From contig JANPLG010000182.1 of NCBI GenBank assembly GCA_031426395.1, positions 6,984 to 70,983 of the forward strand: a stretch of 64,000 nucleotides of DNA, written 5' to 3'. The notes under the pieces are model-generated. The model made no database searches, was not told where the DNA came from, and saw only the letters and a list, made by a program, of their open reading frames with translations. Both the position numbers and the translations under genes were made by a program. The stretch's first letter is position 1; each line of letters opens with the position of its first letter. The stretch is from Actinomycetes bacterium (GTDB lineage: Bacteria; Armatimonadota; SYMT01). Positions 20,421-31,592 of this stretch are shown piece after piece.

Positions 20421-22259
20421 TCACTCAGCGCGGGCGGCAGGGGTGATGGAGAGCGTCAGTCGGTCCTGCTTGCGAAGAACCACCAGCTTGACCGGCACGT
20501 TCGGCCGCAGGTCGCCCAGGATCTCGGTGTACTCCTGGACGTTGCGGATCTTCCGTCCCGCTATCTCCACCAGAATGTCGCCGGCCCGTACTCCGGCCTT
20601 CTCCGCGGGGCCGCCGGTGCGGACGCCGGAGAGCGCCACGCCTTCCACGTTCTCCCCGTAATCCGGAATGGTGCCGAGGAAGACCCGGAAGCGGCTGCTC
20701 TGGCTGGGCACCGCGTCCGGAAGCTTCACGAACGCAGGCCGCGACGCGTGCTTGCTGACGCCGGAGAGCACATCCGCGACGTACTTCAGGATGCGTACCT
20801 CCCCCTCCACGTTGATCTTGTCCCAGGTGTCCGTGGGCCGATGGTAGTCCGTGTGGATCCCGGTGAAGAAGAAGAGCACCGGGATCTCCTTGATGTAAAA
20901 CGACTGCTGGTCGCTCCCCCCGAAGGGCGCGCTGGTGTCCAGCTTCGGCTTCAGCGTGCTGCTCTTGCCCGCGTCGGCCAGGATTTCGTCCCAGGCCGGG
21001 GAGCTCTTCGCGCCGACCACGAACAGCGAGTCATTGCGGAGCCGCCCGATCATGTCCATGTTGAGCATGGCCACCACCTTCGGGAGCGGGACGGTGGGCT
21101 GCTTGGTCCAGTGGGCCGAGCCGAGTAGGCCGATTTCCTCGCCACTGTAGCCCATGAAAAGAATGCTCCGACCAATCCAGCTCCGGTTCGCGGCAAAGTA
21201 CTGCGCCAGCTCCAGGACGCCCGTGGTGCCGGAGGCGTTGTCGTCCGCGCCGAAGTGGATGGAGGGCTCCCGGCTCTCCGCCAGTGAGTGCTCCCCACCC
21301 ATCCCGAGGTGATCGTAGTGGGCGCCGACCACCACGTACTCATCCTTAAGGCGGGGGTCGGAGCCTTCCAGCATGCCGATCACGTTGCGCGTGGGCGCCT
21401 GCTGCCGGGCCAGGTCGACCTTCAGCGTGGCGGTGGCATTCGGGATCGGGAAGCTCTGGTTCTGGCCGTGGGCAATCATCACCTGAACATCGCGCACGGT
21501 CTTCTGGGTGGGAGCCAGCAGCTTCTCGATGAACGACGCCTTGACGGTGGCGGCGGGGATGCCGGCGTCGGTGGCATCGGAGGCGCCGCGCCAGTCGCCC
21601 AGGTCCTCCGGCTTCTCTGAAAGCGGGCCGGTCACCAGCAGCACGCCCGCCGCGCCCTTCTCACGCGCGGTCATCGTCTTCCGCAGCAGCGAGGCAAAGG
21701 GTGCCAGCTTGCCGTTCGGGTCGTTGTCCGGCGTATGGCGAAGGACCACCACCACCTTGCCCTTGACGTTGACACCCTTGTAGTCGTCATGGCCCAGGTC
21801 CGGCTTGCTGATCCCGTAGCCGGCAAAGAAGAGGGGGCCGGTCGCCGCGCCGTTGCTGGAGAAGACGAGCGGCTTGAAGGCGGTCTGGAACGCCGGCTTG
21901 GAAACCTGCTTCCCCTGCTTGAGGAGGAGGGCGTTGCCCGGACCCGGCTTGATCCCGGTAAAGACCTTGAAGCTTTGGAAGTAGGTGCCGTTCTCCCCTG
22001 CCGGCTTCAAACCAGCAGCACTGAATCGTTCCGCCAGGTACTCCGCGGTCTGGTCGTTACCTGCGGTGCCGGACCCGCGACCGGAGAGATCCGGTGACGC
22101 TAGGTACTTTAGGTGCGCTGTGACCTCAGACGCCGTGATCTCCGGGTTGGCGATCTCCTCCGCCCTCGGGGGGGCCGCGAACACGGTGCCGCCCACAGCC
22201 AGCAGGGCCAGCGTGGTCACGCCAGCGGAGAGCGAAAGGTAGGGCAGGTGCGGTCGCAT
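20421..22259 (-). CDS. Secreted M28-family aminopeptidase with PA domain and C-terminal PDZ domain
   Basis: Signal peptide. M28 metal-binding blocks (HYDHLG..., GADDNASG, SGEE..GLLGS). C-terminal PDZ-like GVRAGDILVEIAG. Confidence 0.8.
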   Translation of the reverse strand: MRPHLPYLSLSAGVTTLALLAVGGTVFAAPPRAEEIANPEITASEVTAHLKYLASPDLSGRGSGTAGNDQTAEYLAERFSAAGLKPAGENGTYFQSFKVFTGIKPGPGNALLLKQGKQVSKPAFQTAFKPLVFSSNGAATGPLFFAGYGISKPDLGHDDYKGVNVKGKVVVVLRHTPDNDPNGKLAPFASLLRKTMTAREKGAAGVLLVTGPLSEKPEDLGDWRGASDATDAGIPAATVKASFIEKLLAPTQKTVRDVQVMIAHGQNQSFPIPNATATLKVDLARQQAPTRNVIGMLEGSDPRLKDEYVVVGAHYDHLGMGGEHSLAESREPSIHFGADDNASGTTGVLELAQYFAANRSWIGRSILFMGYSGEEIGLLGSAHWTKQPTVPLPKVVAMLNMDMIGRLRNDSLFVVGAKSSPAWDEILADAGKSSTLKPKLDTSAPFGGSDQQSFYIKEIPVLFFFTGIHTDYHRPTDTWDKINVEGEVRILKYVADVLSGVSKHASRPAFVKLPDAVPSQSSRFRVFLGTIPDYGENVEGVALSGVRTGGPAEKAGVRAGDILVEIAGRKIRNVQEYTEILGDLRPNVPVKLVVLRKQDRLTLSITPAARAE

Positions 22260-22869
22260 GAAGCGCGTCTCCGGAGGGGCGGGCCGGACAGCGCCGCGTT
22301 TCGGGGATTCTATCCGCAGGCGGGTTGTCGGACCAAGGCTCCGCTATGTGAGCCAGAAACGCAGGTCGCAATGCTACGCGCACGGACGCGATTGCGGCAC
22401 GGGTGTGGACTAAACCGCGGAGACGCCGAGGACGCTGAAAGCGGGCATGCAAGAAGTCAGCGGAGCAGAGAGTTTCACCTCCTACGTCAACCGCTCTTCG
22501 GAGCGACCGGCCAGTTCTCCAATGGAGTTGTCTGCAGTGCTGACGGTCAGAATTCTGTCGGCCCGCGAATACATCCTGGGTCGGTTGCGCAGTGATCCGT
22601 TACCAGCCACCGTGCGACCGCAGGGCCAGCCGACAATCGGACCTCTCCAACTCTCTACAACAACTCCGTGCCTTCTCCATGTCTCCGTGTCTCCGTGGTT
22701 GCGGTCTTTCCGCTGTGCGTCCTCCGCGTCCTCGGCGGTTAATACCGGCACGGATGGACAAGTCGGCGGCCAGGAACACGTCGCTTACGGGTAGAGGGGT
22801 TGCTGTTTTGCTTGAGGTCCGATCGGGTACTACCGGCACACAGGTCTCCCCGCTGTACCGGTCCCCCTG

Positions 22870-23068
22870 ATGTACCCTAATCCCATTACTTCACTCCGCT
22901 TTCGCGCGTCGGCTTCGCCGGCCTTCCTCGTAGCCTTCCTTTCCGCTCTCACGCTCTCTGTCCAGGTCACGCCGGGGATCGCCGCCAATCCCGGCACGCC
23001 CTCTTGGACGACCCCACTCGCGGAAGGCGTTCAGCCGCTGGCGGGGTTCTCCCGCACATGCGGTGATT
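22870..23068 (+). pseudogene. Probable 5' fragment (signal peptide) of a secreted beta-propeller gene disrupted by the ISL3 insertion
   Basis: ORF MYPNPITSLRFRASASPAFLVAFLSALTLSVQVTPGIAANPGTPSW... is in the same frame (mod 3) as the 3' fragment at 25007-26211, and the intervening element is a multiple of 3 long. Confidence 0.35.
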
Positions 23069-25006
23069 CTAGTTGAATTGGACTCTTCGGTTCCGAAAAC
23101 CTGGCCCAGCGTTAAGCCCGCTGAGCCCGAATCGCAGTTCCCCCAACCCCGCTCAGCCGCCCAGTGGGAGGACGCGGGCCTGCAGGCTTGACAGCCCTCC
23201 TCGCCCGTACATCGTTCGTTTGATGGCCTTGAGGCGGTTCACGGTGCCCTCCAGCACGCCGTTGCTCCAGGGCTCCACCAATCCCGTGAGCACCGCGCTC
23301 CAGTCCTGCCGGAGGCCGGTGCAGAAGGACTTCAGCGGGCCGATCCCGCTGGCCCTCACGCGCTCGATCCACTGCTCGAGCGCGCGGGCCAGCGCCTCAC
23401 GCCCCAGCGGCTCCTCGCCGGTGTTCCCCCGCTCCCGGGCCAGCAAGCGAAGGAATTCGAGAGCCAGTTCCGTTGCCCGCCGCGCCTTGGGCGCCTGAAG
23501 GAAGAACTCCGCGGCGAAGATCGCCGCCCGGGCCGCGCGCCCGGACTTCGGGGACGGCTTGCCCAGGCCGGCGTGGAGGAGGCTCCACATCGCGTCCTTC
23601 AGCCGCCGGGCCTTGGCCGGCGGCGGCTTGGCCGGGTGGCGGGGCGGGCGGACCCCTCCCGCCGCCACAAGCGCGCGCCAGCGCCGGCGGACCCACTTCT
23701 CCACTGCGGAAGGGCCGTCCGGATAGCCCAGGGCCTGGAGCTCCCGCCACAGCTCCCCCGGTCCCCGGCACCCTTCCTCCCACCGGCGCTCGAGGCGCGG
23801 CAGATGGGGCGTCAGGGCCGTCGGCGCCGCGCGGTAGTCCTTCCTCTCGCGGAACGCGTCGCTGGCCATGAGGCGCGTGGCCGTCACGTGGTGGATGCCC
23901 AGCGCCTGGGCGATATGCTCCGCATCGGAGCCGCAAGCTTGCAGGCGCTTGACGGCTTGATACAGATCCAGGCGACGCTGGCGGCTGGCCCTGCTCCGCT
24001 CCCGCTCCGGCCCCGAAGAGCCATAACCGGGGAACCCATCATCCTGCTCCTGCTCCTGCTCCTGCCCCGGGGCCGGTGCCGAGCTCACCGCTCCGCCCGG
24101 GAGCGCCGACGCTGCGGGGGCCGCCGTTGATCCTGCTTCCTCCTGCCGAGCCAACCGCTCCGCCCGGGTGGCGGCCTCGATGGCGGCGGCCCACTGGCCC
24201 TCCTCCTGCCGGAGGTGGTCCAGCAGGGCCTGGGTCACTCCCTGCGCCAGATGGAACGGATCCGATCCCTGCGCGGACTGCGGCGCGCCCTCCCGGATCG
24301 CGGCGGCGTAGGTCTTGCTCCCGTCGCGGCTGACATGCTTGATCTCCGGGTGCCCGCGAAGCCAGGCGGCCAGCGTGGCCTGCTCACGATCCGGCAGGAG
24401 GCCGATCGGCTCATGGGTGTCGAGATCCACCAGCAGCGTGCCGTGGCGCCTCCCTTTGGCGAACGCGAAGTCATCCACCCCGAGGTGCGTCACCTTCCGC
24501 GCCGCCGCGCCGCGGTGGGAGAGGCTCCGCTGGAGTTCGCGGAGGACGGTGTCCGGGCTCACGCCAAAGCCCAGCTCGGCGGAAACAACCGCCCCGCGCT
24601 CTCCGCCCAGGCTGTGGCCGAGCAGCCGGAGCCATTTCACCACGTCGCACGCCCGGCGGCCATGGGGGGCGAGGAAACCGGGCAGCCGCTCGGTGAAGAT
24701 CCGCTGCGGGCACGTGGGGACATGGCAGAACCACTTGCGCGACTCGATGTCGGCGCGGAGGGGACAGCCGGCCCACGGGCGCAGCACGGCCACGCGGCGG
24801 TACCGGCTGTGGACCTTGGTGGAAAGCTGGTGGCAGCGCGGGCAGGCGGCTGCGGCGCGGCGGGTGGCGACGTCCAGGCGCAGGGCGCCATCGATCACGA
24901 AGGCTCGCAAGACGCGGACAAGCTCGGGCGCCGGATGCAGGGCAGGGGGTTGCATGCCTCCCCTTTCCCGCCTTGACACTTCTTGACACTGAGTCTCACC
25001 AACTTG
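23069..25006 (-). mobile_element. ISL3-family insertion sequence (about 1.94 kb), approximate ends
   Basis: Contains the ISL3 transposase ORF. Imperfect terminal inverted repeats at 23069-23090 (CTAGTTGAATTGGACTCTTCGG) and 24985-25006 (reverse complement CAAGTTGGTGAGACTCAGTGTC). It interrupts a beta-propeller gene. Confidence 0.55.
23153..24979 (-). CDS. ISL3-family transposase (608 aa, with a low-complexity Ala/Pro/QEQEQEQ insertion)
   Basis: N-terminal zinc-ribbon CPRCH, DDE region (HLGVDDFAFAKGRRHGTLLVDLDTHEPIGLLPDRE) and C-terminal ISL3 signature WSNGVLEGTVNRLKAIKRTMYGR. Confidence 0.85.
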   Translation of the reverse strand: MSRRERGGMQPPALHPAPELVRVLRAFVIDGALRLDVATRRAAAACPRCHQLSTKVHSRYRRVAVLRPWAGCPLRADIESRKWFCHVPTCPQRIFTERLPGFLAPHGRRACDVVKWLRLLGHSLGGERGAVVSAELGFGVSPDTVLRELQRSLSHRGAAARKVTHLGVDDFAFAKGRRHGTLLVDLDTHEPIGLLPDREQATLAAWLRGHPEIKHVSRDGSKTYAAAIREGAPQSAQGSDPFHLAQGVTQALLDHLRQEEGQWAAAIEAATRAERLARQEEAGSTAAPAASALPGGAVSSAPAPGQEQEQEQDDGFPGYGSSGPERERSRASRQRRLDLYQAVKRLQACGSDAEHIAQALGIHHVTATRLMASDAFRERKDYRAAPTALTPHLPRLERRWEEGCRGPGELWRELQALGYPDGPSAVEKWVRRRWRALVAAGGVRPPRHPAKPPPAKARRLKDAMWSLLHAGLGKPSPKSGRAARAAIFAAEFFLQAPKARRATELALEFLRLLARERGNTGEEPLGREALARALEQWIERVRASGIGPLKSFCTGLRQDWSAVLTGLVEPWSNGVLEGTVNRLKAIKRTMYGRGGLSSLQARVLPLGG

Positions 25007-26211
25007 GCGGGAGAGCCCTGGCGGTGGCCGCCGACCGTTCCGGGAATGCGATGGTCGCCGGCGACCGTCTCCTCGGCCCCGGCCGCTCGGGCCTGTTCGT
25101 TGCCTCGTTCAATGGCGCGGGCCGGGAGCGATGGACGGTGACGGAACCCGGCCAGCCCTGGTCGGGGGCGCAGGCGCGAGCGGCGGTGGTGGAACCTGGC
25201 GGCGATGTTCTCGTTGTAGGGGTGCTCGGCGTCACGCAGAGCGCTGAGATGGTGGTGGCGCGCTACGACGGCACCACCGGCGCCCGCGAGTGGCTGCGCG
25301 CTGTGGAGACGGTCACCCCGGAAGGCCCCACCGATGGCGGGGCGGGAAACTCGTTGGTTCTCGACGGCAATGGCGGGGTCCTGGCCGGAGGCTACGTGAC
25401 GGTCGGGGGCTCTCCCCGGGCGGCGGTCGCGAAGCTGGACGCCGCCACCGGCGAAATGCGGTGGACCTGGACCGGCGCAGTGGGTGAGGCACGGTCGGTG
25501 GCCGTGGGCCGACGAGCGGTCTTTGCGGTCGGCACGTCCTTCGCCGTCTGCCTCAACCCCGCGACGGGTGCCTCTTCCTGGACTGCAACCCTCCCCAGGG
25601 GAACGGCGTCGAGCGCTTCCGGTGCGGGCCGGCCCTACCTCCGTTCCGTGGTGGTGGACCGGAGCGGCACGGTGGTGGTGAGCGGCGCACTCCGCAACTC
25701 GGAAGAAGATACGCGGGCCTTCTACGTCGCCGGGCTTGAGCCGACCGACGGCCGGGTCCGCTGGCAGCAGAGTGGCCCGTCTGTCTGGGGCGCGGAGATG
25801 GCGGTCAAGGCGGTGGCGGATTCCGGGGGCAGTGTTTATCTGGGCGGGCGGATGCGCCAGTCGCCGACAGTGATGCGCCTCCGCCCGAACGGTGGCAGCA
25901 GCGTCTGGTCACGCCGACCGTGGACTCCAGACGGCGCACCGGACATGGCCACCGGTGTTCTCGACATTGCCGCGGATGACGGCTGCGTCTACGCCGCCGG
26001 CGCCGATGGCGCGGACCGCTTCCTGGTCACGGCGCTGAACACCAGCGGCAGCCCCAAGTGGCGCAGCGACCTCGGACCCGGCCGCGCGGTGGCCATCGCT
26101 CCCGCCATTGGGGATCGGCTCTTTGCGGTCGGCCGGCAGATGGTGAATGGTACGTCCAGCACGGTGCTGGTCGCGTATGGCAAGACCAAGGTGAGCGCCT
26201 CTCGGCGATAG
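25007..26211 (+). CDS. 3' portion of a PQQ-like beta-propeller repeat protein, 5'-truncated by the IS insertion
   Basis: Repeated G-rich blades (…AVAADRSGNAMVAG…, …LVLDGNGGVLAGG…, …VVDRSGTVVVSG…, …DIAADDGCVYAAG…). No credible native start, because the ORF track's Met lies inside the IS end. Confidence 0.5.
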
Positions 26212-26225
26212 GACGTGTGTGCCCA

Positions 26226-26266
26226 GTTTGCAAACTGAAAATTGCAAACTGAAAATTGCAAATTGG
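26226..26266. promoter_or_regulatory. AT-rich tandem repeat (TTGCAAACTGAAAA x2 + TTGCAAATTGG) with the 10-bp palindrome GTTTGCAAAC, upstream of asnS
   Basis: Direct read. It shares AATTGCAAATTG with the spoVR upstream element. It lies 117 nt upstream of the asnS start in a GC-rich genome. Confidence 0.4.
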
Positions 26267-26382
26267 GGGAGGCGCGAGGGGCGCTTCGGGAGGTGGCCTC
26301 CGAGGAGTGGTATCATTGAAGGCAAGCAGCCCCAGGCAGCGGGCAGCCCAACCCCTCCATCCTTCCGACTACACCCACGCCC

Positions 26383-27774
<1,392 letters not shown>

Positions 27775-27869
27775 CGCACTCGCTCCCTGATGGTCGGACA
27801 TCTGACCCCTCCGCACCCGCACTGCACGGGTCCCTCTATCCCGCCCTCTCTCCCTCTCTCCATCTCAAA

Positions 27870-28808
27870 TCAACGGGGACGGCTGGCGAGCTGGATGGGT
27901 GACCGCTTCAACAAGAGGTACTGCGGCACCATCAGGAGCGCCACCAGCAGCGCCGGGACGATCCCTGAATAGCCCCCTGCCAGCGTAGCGGAGAGCAGGG
28001 TGAACCCGAGGAACCCGTACTGGACTGCTTCGAGAGCGGCAGGTCGGCGAGGGTCGACTGCGGCGTTCACGAAGCGCGGGTAGGCGAGGATCACGAGCCC
28101 GATGAGAAACGGGAGGGCCTCCCACGGCCGGTTGAAGCCGCTCCTCGCCGCGAAGATCAGGGCCGAGGCCGCCGCCGCCAGGTGGACGAGCGCCACAAAG
28201 CTGGTGGTCGGGGGCGCACCCGGCTGGCGGCTGACGCGCACCATCGCCCATCCCGCCGCATAGAGCCCTACTGCCGCCACCGCCGGAACGTAGCGCGGGA
28301 GCAGGTCCGGTGCCACCGAGAGACCGACCGCCAGGTTGAGAGCGTGTGCCGCTCCCAGGGTCAGGAACCCCACCCCCCACACTCGCCGGGTGACCGCCGC
28401 GTAAAGGATGACTGCCATCGCGGTCATGAGTGCGAATGCAAGGGCCTGCAGCCCACCGGTGGCGGTGAGGAGCAGCCCGATCGGCAGGAGCACCCACGCT
28501 GCTTTCCACGCCACGCCAGGCTCCACTCGGCCGGAGGGGAGCGGTCGGTCCGGATGCTCCGCCAGATCCGCGTCCCGATCAAAGTAGTGGCCGAAGCAGG
28601 CCCCGGCCCCGAAGAGGCAGGCGCTCCCCATTGCGGTCACGAACGGCGGAAGCGACAGGACGAACGAAACCGAGAGTCCGCCCGCGAGGCACTCTGCTGC
28701 GGCAACCAGCGCCAGCGGGGCATTGAGGAGCGTCAGGAAGTCGTCCTGGAGGCGGGGACCCGGTGGCGGCTTGCCGGACGGCCTGGTGCTGGCGGGGAGC
28801 AACGGCAT
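27870..28808 (-). CDS. UbiA-family aromatic/heme prenyltransferase (integral membrane); start set at MPLLPAS
   Basis: DRDADLAEHPDRPLPSGRV matches the UbiA-superfamily Asp-rich motif, with multiple TM helices. The upstream 129 codons of the ORF look spurious. Confidence 0.7.
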   Translation of the reverse strand: MPLLPASTRPSGKPPPGPRLQDDFLTLLNAPLALVAAAECLAGGLSVSFVLSLPPFVTAMGSACLFGAGACFGHYFDRDADLAEHPDRPLPSGRVEPGVAWKAAWVLLPIGLLLTATGGLQALAFALMTAMAVILYAAVTRRVWGVGFLTLGAAHALNLAVGLSVAPDLLPRYVPAVAAVGLYAAGWAMVRVSRQPGAPPTTSFVALVHLAAAASALIFAARSGFNRPWEALPFLIGLVILAYPRFVNAAVDPRRPAALEAVQYGFLGFTLLSATLAGGYSGIVPALLVALLMVPQYLLLKRSPIQLASRPR

Positions 28809-29051
28809 AGGTGAGAGCGGAGTGAGGGCGGTGCGACGGACCTGCGTTCCTACCCATGATACGCGCCGGGAACGCCCGGTGAAGGCTGCTGGGAGGCGCT
28901 CATCCCCAGGACGGGAAGGATCACCGATGACTGATGAAAGTGGGGAAGGAAAGCGCCCCAGCGAACGTGGAACAGGCCCCAACGTGGCAGCCGGGCCGAG
29001 GTTCCTTCTCTTGGCTCCTTCCCTTGAGGCCCGCACCGCGCGGAGCGAATC

Positions 29052-29417
29052 ATGCAGCGGCAGAGCAACGATCCCGGTAGTGTGGAGATGGCGCTGGTGG
29101 ATGGCGCGCCCCAAATCCGTCTCCGGGGCGAGTGCGACCTTGCCACGGCCCCGGCGCTCCAGCAACAGGTAGCGGGCCTGGTTCGCGAAGGGCACACTCG
29201 GCTGGTGTTCGACCTCCAGCAGGTCACCTTCATGGACAGCAGCATCCTGCGGTCGTTCCTCACCGCGCGCCGCGACCTCCAGCCCACCGGCGGCGAGGTG
29301 GTGCTGCTCTGCCGGCCGGGCTTCGTGCGGCGGCTGCTGTCGCTGCTGGAACTGGACCAGTTGGTGCGCGTCTGCACCCCGGAGGAATGGCGGAAGTCGG
29401 TCGCAGCAGTGAACTGA
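29052..29417 (+). CDS. STAS-domain protein (anti-sigma-factor antagonist, SpoIIAA-like); start 29052 or 29088
   Basis: …LVFDLQQVTFMDSSILRSFL… is the typical STAS core with the phosphorylatable Ser region. Confidence 0.7.
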   Translation: MQRQSNDPGSVEMALVDGAPQIRLRGECDLATAPALQQQVAGLVREGHTRLVFDLQQVTFMDSSILRSFLTARRDLQPTGGEVVLLCRPGFVRRLLSLLELDQLVRVCTPEEWRKSVAAVN

Positions 29418-29421
29418 CGAT

Positions 29422-29720
29422 CCATTGCGGATTTCGGATTTCGGATTTCGGATTTCGGATTTCGGATGCGGGTTGGCTGGAGGCAGGGCGTTGCTTCATC
29501 TTCGTCTTCTCCGCTCGACGGGCCGGTCGCTGGAAAACCCCGTGGACCGTCACTCTGGGCGTCCCCACCCTGCCGGCGCGCGGACTCACTGCCCTCCCAG
29601 AGTCCACCCGGATCCGTGCTCAGCGTCGAAACAGTCCCTCTGCTGCTCGGTGGCCACGGGCGACCGTGACCGGATTGGGACGCGGATTGGGACGCGGATT
29701 GGGACGCGGATTGGCTCGAG
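29422..29720. repeat. MITE-like element, subfamily A copy (5' TIR CCATTGCGG(ATTTCGG)4-5 GATGCGGGTTGGCTGG; degenerate 3' end with a (CGGATTGGGACG)x3 array at 29672-29716)
   Basis: The 5' 55 bp are near-identical to the 5' end of the 59857-60098 element. The internal region is homologous but diverged (…GGACTCACTGCCCTCCCAGAGTCCACCCGGATCCG…). Confidence 0.5.
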
Positions 29721-29940
29721 ACCCGGTGACGCTGTCGGCAATCGCTAGGTGGGTGCGGGCGGGACGCCCGCGCTCCCAGTCTCTCCATCCCTCTATCTCT
29801 CCTTCTCTCCATCGCATAATGATCGGTCCTTGGTCCGGCGGCCCCCGTGCGGGTTTGACGCGGACGCCTATCAGGTATGAGTGGCTGGCAACCGTGCGCT
29901 CCTAGAGGGACAGCTTCCACCGCCGGCACGCCGCCAGAAC

Positions 29941-30025
29941 AGACATGATGATTGCGCAGATGGATGCGCAGATGATTGCGCAGATGGATACGCAGATGGA
30001 TGCGCGGATGGATGCGGATCGACTG
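29941..30025. repeat. 12-bp tandem repeat (GCGCAGATGGAT-like) x~7, in frame with and upstream of the flippase start
   Basis: Direct read: gatgattgcgcagatggatgcgcagatgattgcgcagatggatacgcagatggatgcgcggatggatgcg. It would translate as (AQMD/AQMI)n. Confidence 0.7.
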
Positions 30026-30118
30026 ACGTCGCCGGACGAGCCTCGAGAGACAGTAGGGACTGCGCCCGTTGCCGCGGCCGGCGCAACGCTCGCCAGTGAG
30101 GTGAGTGAAGGTCCGGGC

Positions 30119-31570
30119 ATGGCCCGGCGGGTGGCGGGCAACTCGATCTGGCTGATCGGGCAGCCCCTGCTGCTGAACGTGCTCTCCATCGCCAGCACCG
30201 CTTACATCTCGCGGAAGCTGGGAGCGGACGGCTACGGCATCTTTAACCTCGGCCTGGCCGAAGCGACCCTCTTCGCCCCGATCTGCAACCTGGGGCTCAG
30301 GGCAGTGATGGTCCGCAAGATCTCCAGCGATCGCGACCAGGCGGAACATGCCACCGCCGTCTTCGGGATGCTCCGTCTCCTGACCTGCTGCTTCGCGACC
30401 CTGCTCGCACTAGTCTGGCTGCTGCGCCCGGGCGTCGACCTCCCGGTGCGGCTGGTCGGCATGGCGGTGGTGGTGTGCGTCATCCTGACCGGCGCGGGGC
30501 AGGTGGCGGTCGACCTGGCCCAGGGTTACGAGCGTTCGCGGCTCGGGGCGCAGCCGCAGTTGGTCGGCGGGATCGTTCTGACGGTCTGCTCCGTGCTGGC
30601 GCTGGTGCTGGGGTGGGGACTGCCGGGGTTTGTCGCGGCCTACGTGCTGGGCGCCGCGCTCCAGTTCGTCTTACTGGTCAGGATGGTCCGCCGCAACTTC
30701 TTCCCACCACGGGTGCACTGGGACCTGCCGCAGATGCGCGCCTACGCGATGGAAGCGCGCCCCTTCGCGCTCAAGAGCGTCATCGGCACCAACACCCAGC
30801 CGGGCGTGCTGGACGTGGTCATCCTGGGAATGTTTGCCACCCAGGGTACGGTGGGAGCCTACGCCGCAGCGATTGGGCTCGTCTCCCGGCTCCTGATCAT
30901 CCCGCTGGGTGTGGGTGACGCGCTCTACCCGGCCATCGCAGGCAGCATTGGCAAGGACACCGCCGCGACGCAGCGCGAGGCTCGGCGGGTGCTGACGCTT
31001 CTGCTCCTGGTGACCCTCCCCGTTGCCGTGGGAATCGGCATGACCGCGCCGACCGTCTTGAACATCCTCTTCGGTCGGGAGTACGTCTCAGCCGCGCCCG
31101 CCATGCAGATCGCCGTGCTGCTGCTTCCGCTCAACGGCCTCTCCTACGCCCTCAACGAGTGCCTCAGCGCCGCGCATCGGCAGAACGACGTAGCAAAGCT
31201 GACCGTAGCGGGCGGTGCGCTGCTGCTGGTGCTGTTCGCCGTCTTCATTCCGATCATGGGAATCCTGGGCGCGGCGCTGGCGCTGGTGGCACGCGATGCG
31301 CTGATGCTTCCGTTCCGACTGCGGGTGTTCCGGGTGGTCCTTGGCCAGCCGCTCCGCCGAAGCGACCTCTTCAGGCTGGCCGTGGCATCCGGGCTTATGG
31401 CGATCCCGCTGGCCCTGGCACCTGGCATCTCCAATACTCCCGCTACCGTGGGAGTGGGACTCCTCAGCCTGGCCGTCTACGGCAGCGTGGCGATTCTACT
31501 GGGGCTGGTCCCCGGAGTGAGGCTCCCGCGATCTGGGGCCGGAACCGCCGCAGCTTCACCTGCTGGCTGA
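30119..31570 (+). CDS. Polysaccharide/oligosaccharide flippase (Wzx/MOP-superfamily, polysaccharide biosynthesis protein family); start set at MARRVAG
   Basis: About 12-14 TM helices, typical N-terminus (…NSIWLIGQPLLLNVLSIASTAYISRKLGADGYGIF…), GAAGG RBS at the chosen ATG. Confidence 0.75.
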   Translation: MARRVAGNSIWLIGQPLLLNVLSIASTAYISRKLGADGYGIFNLGLAEATLFAPICNLGLRAVMVRKISSDRDQAEHATAVFGMLRLLTCCFATLLALVWLLRPGVDLPVRLVGMAVVVCVILTGAGQVAVDLAQGYERSRLGAQPQLVGGIVLTVCSVLALVLGWGLPGFVAAYVLGAALQFVLLVRMVRRNFFPPRVHWDLPQMRAYAMEARPFALKSVIGTNTQPGVLDVVILGMFATQGTVGAYAAAIGLVSRLLIIPLGVGDALYPAIAGSIGKDTAATQREARRVLTLLLLVTLPVAVGIGMTAPTVLNILFGREYVSAAPAMQIAVLLLPLNGLSYALNECLSAAHRQNDVAKLTVAGGALLLVLFAVFIPIMGILGAALALVARDALMLPFRLRVFRVVLGQPLRRSDLFRLAVASGLMAIPLALAPGISNTPATVGVGLLSLAVYGSVAILLGLVPGVRLPRSGAGTAAASPAG

Positions 31571-31592
31571 CGCGTCACCATCTCGACACCCG

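Noticed and set aside
22260-22869. 600-bp noncoding stretch upstream of the disrupted beta-propeller gene, inspected for tmRNA/RNase P/6S-like structure
   Set aside because: No recognisable conserved RNA motifs (no tRNA-like acceptor/T-arm, no RNase P P4 sequence) could be identified by eye. It is left unannotated.
28850-30349. 499-aa minus-strand ORF spanning the STAS gene and the repeat-rich spacer
   Set aside because: It overlaps a well-supported plus-strand gene and runs through heptamer and 12-mer tandem arrays. Composition is Arg/Pro/Ser-rich, with no domain signal.
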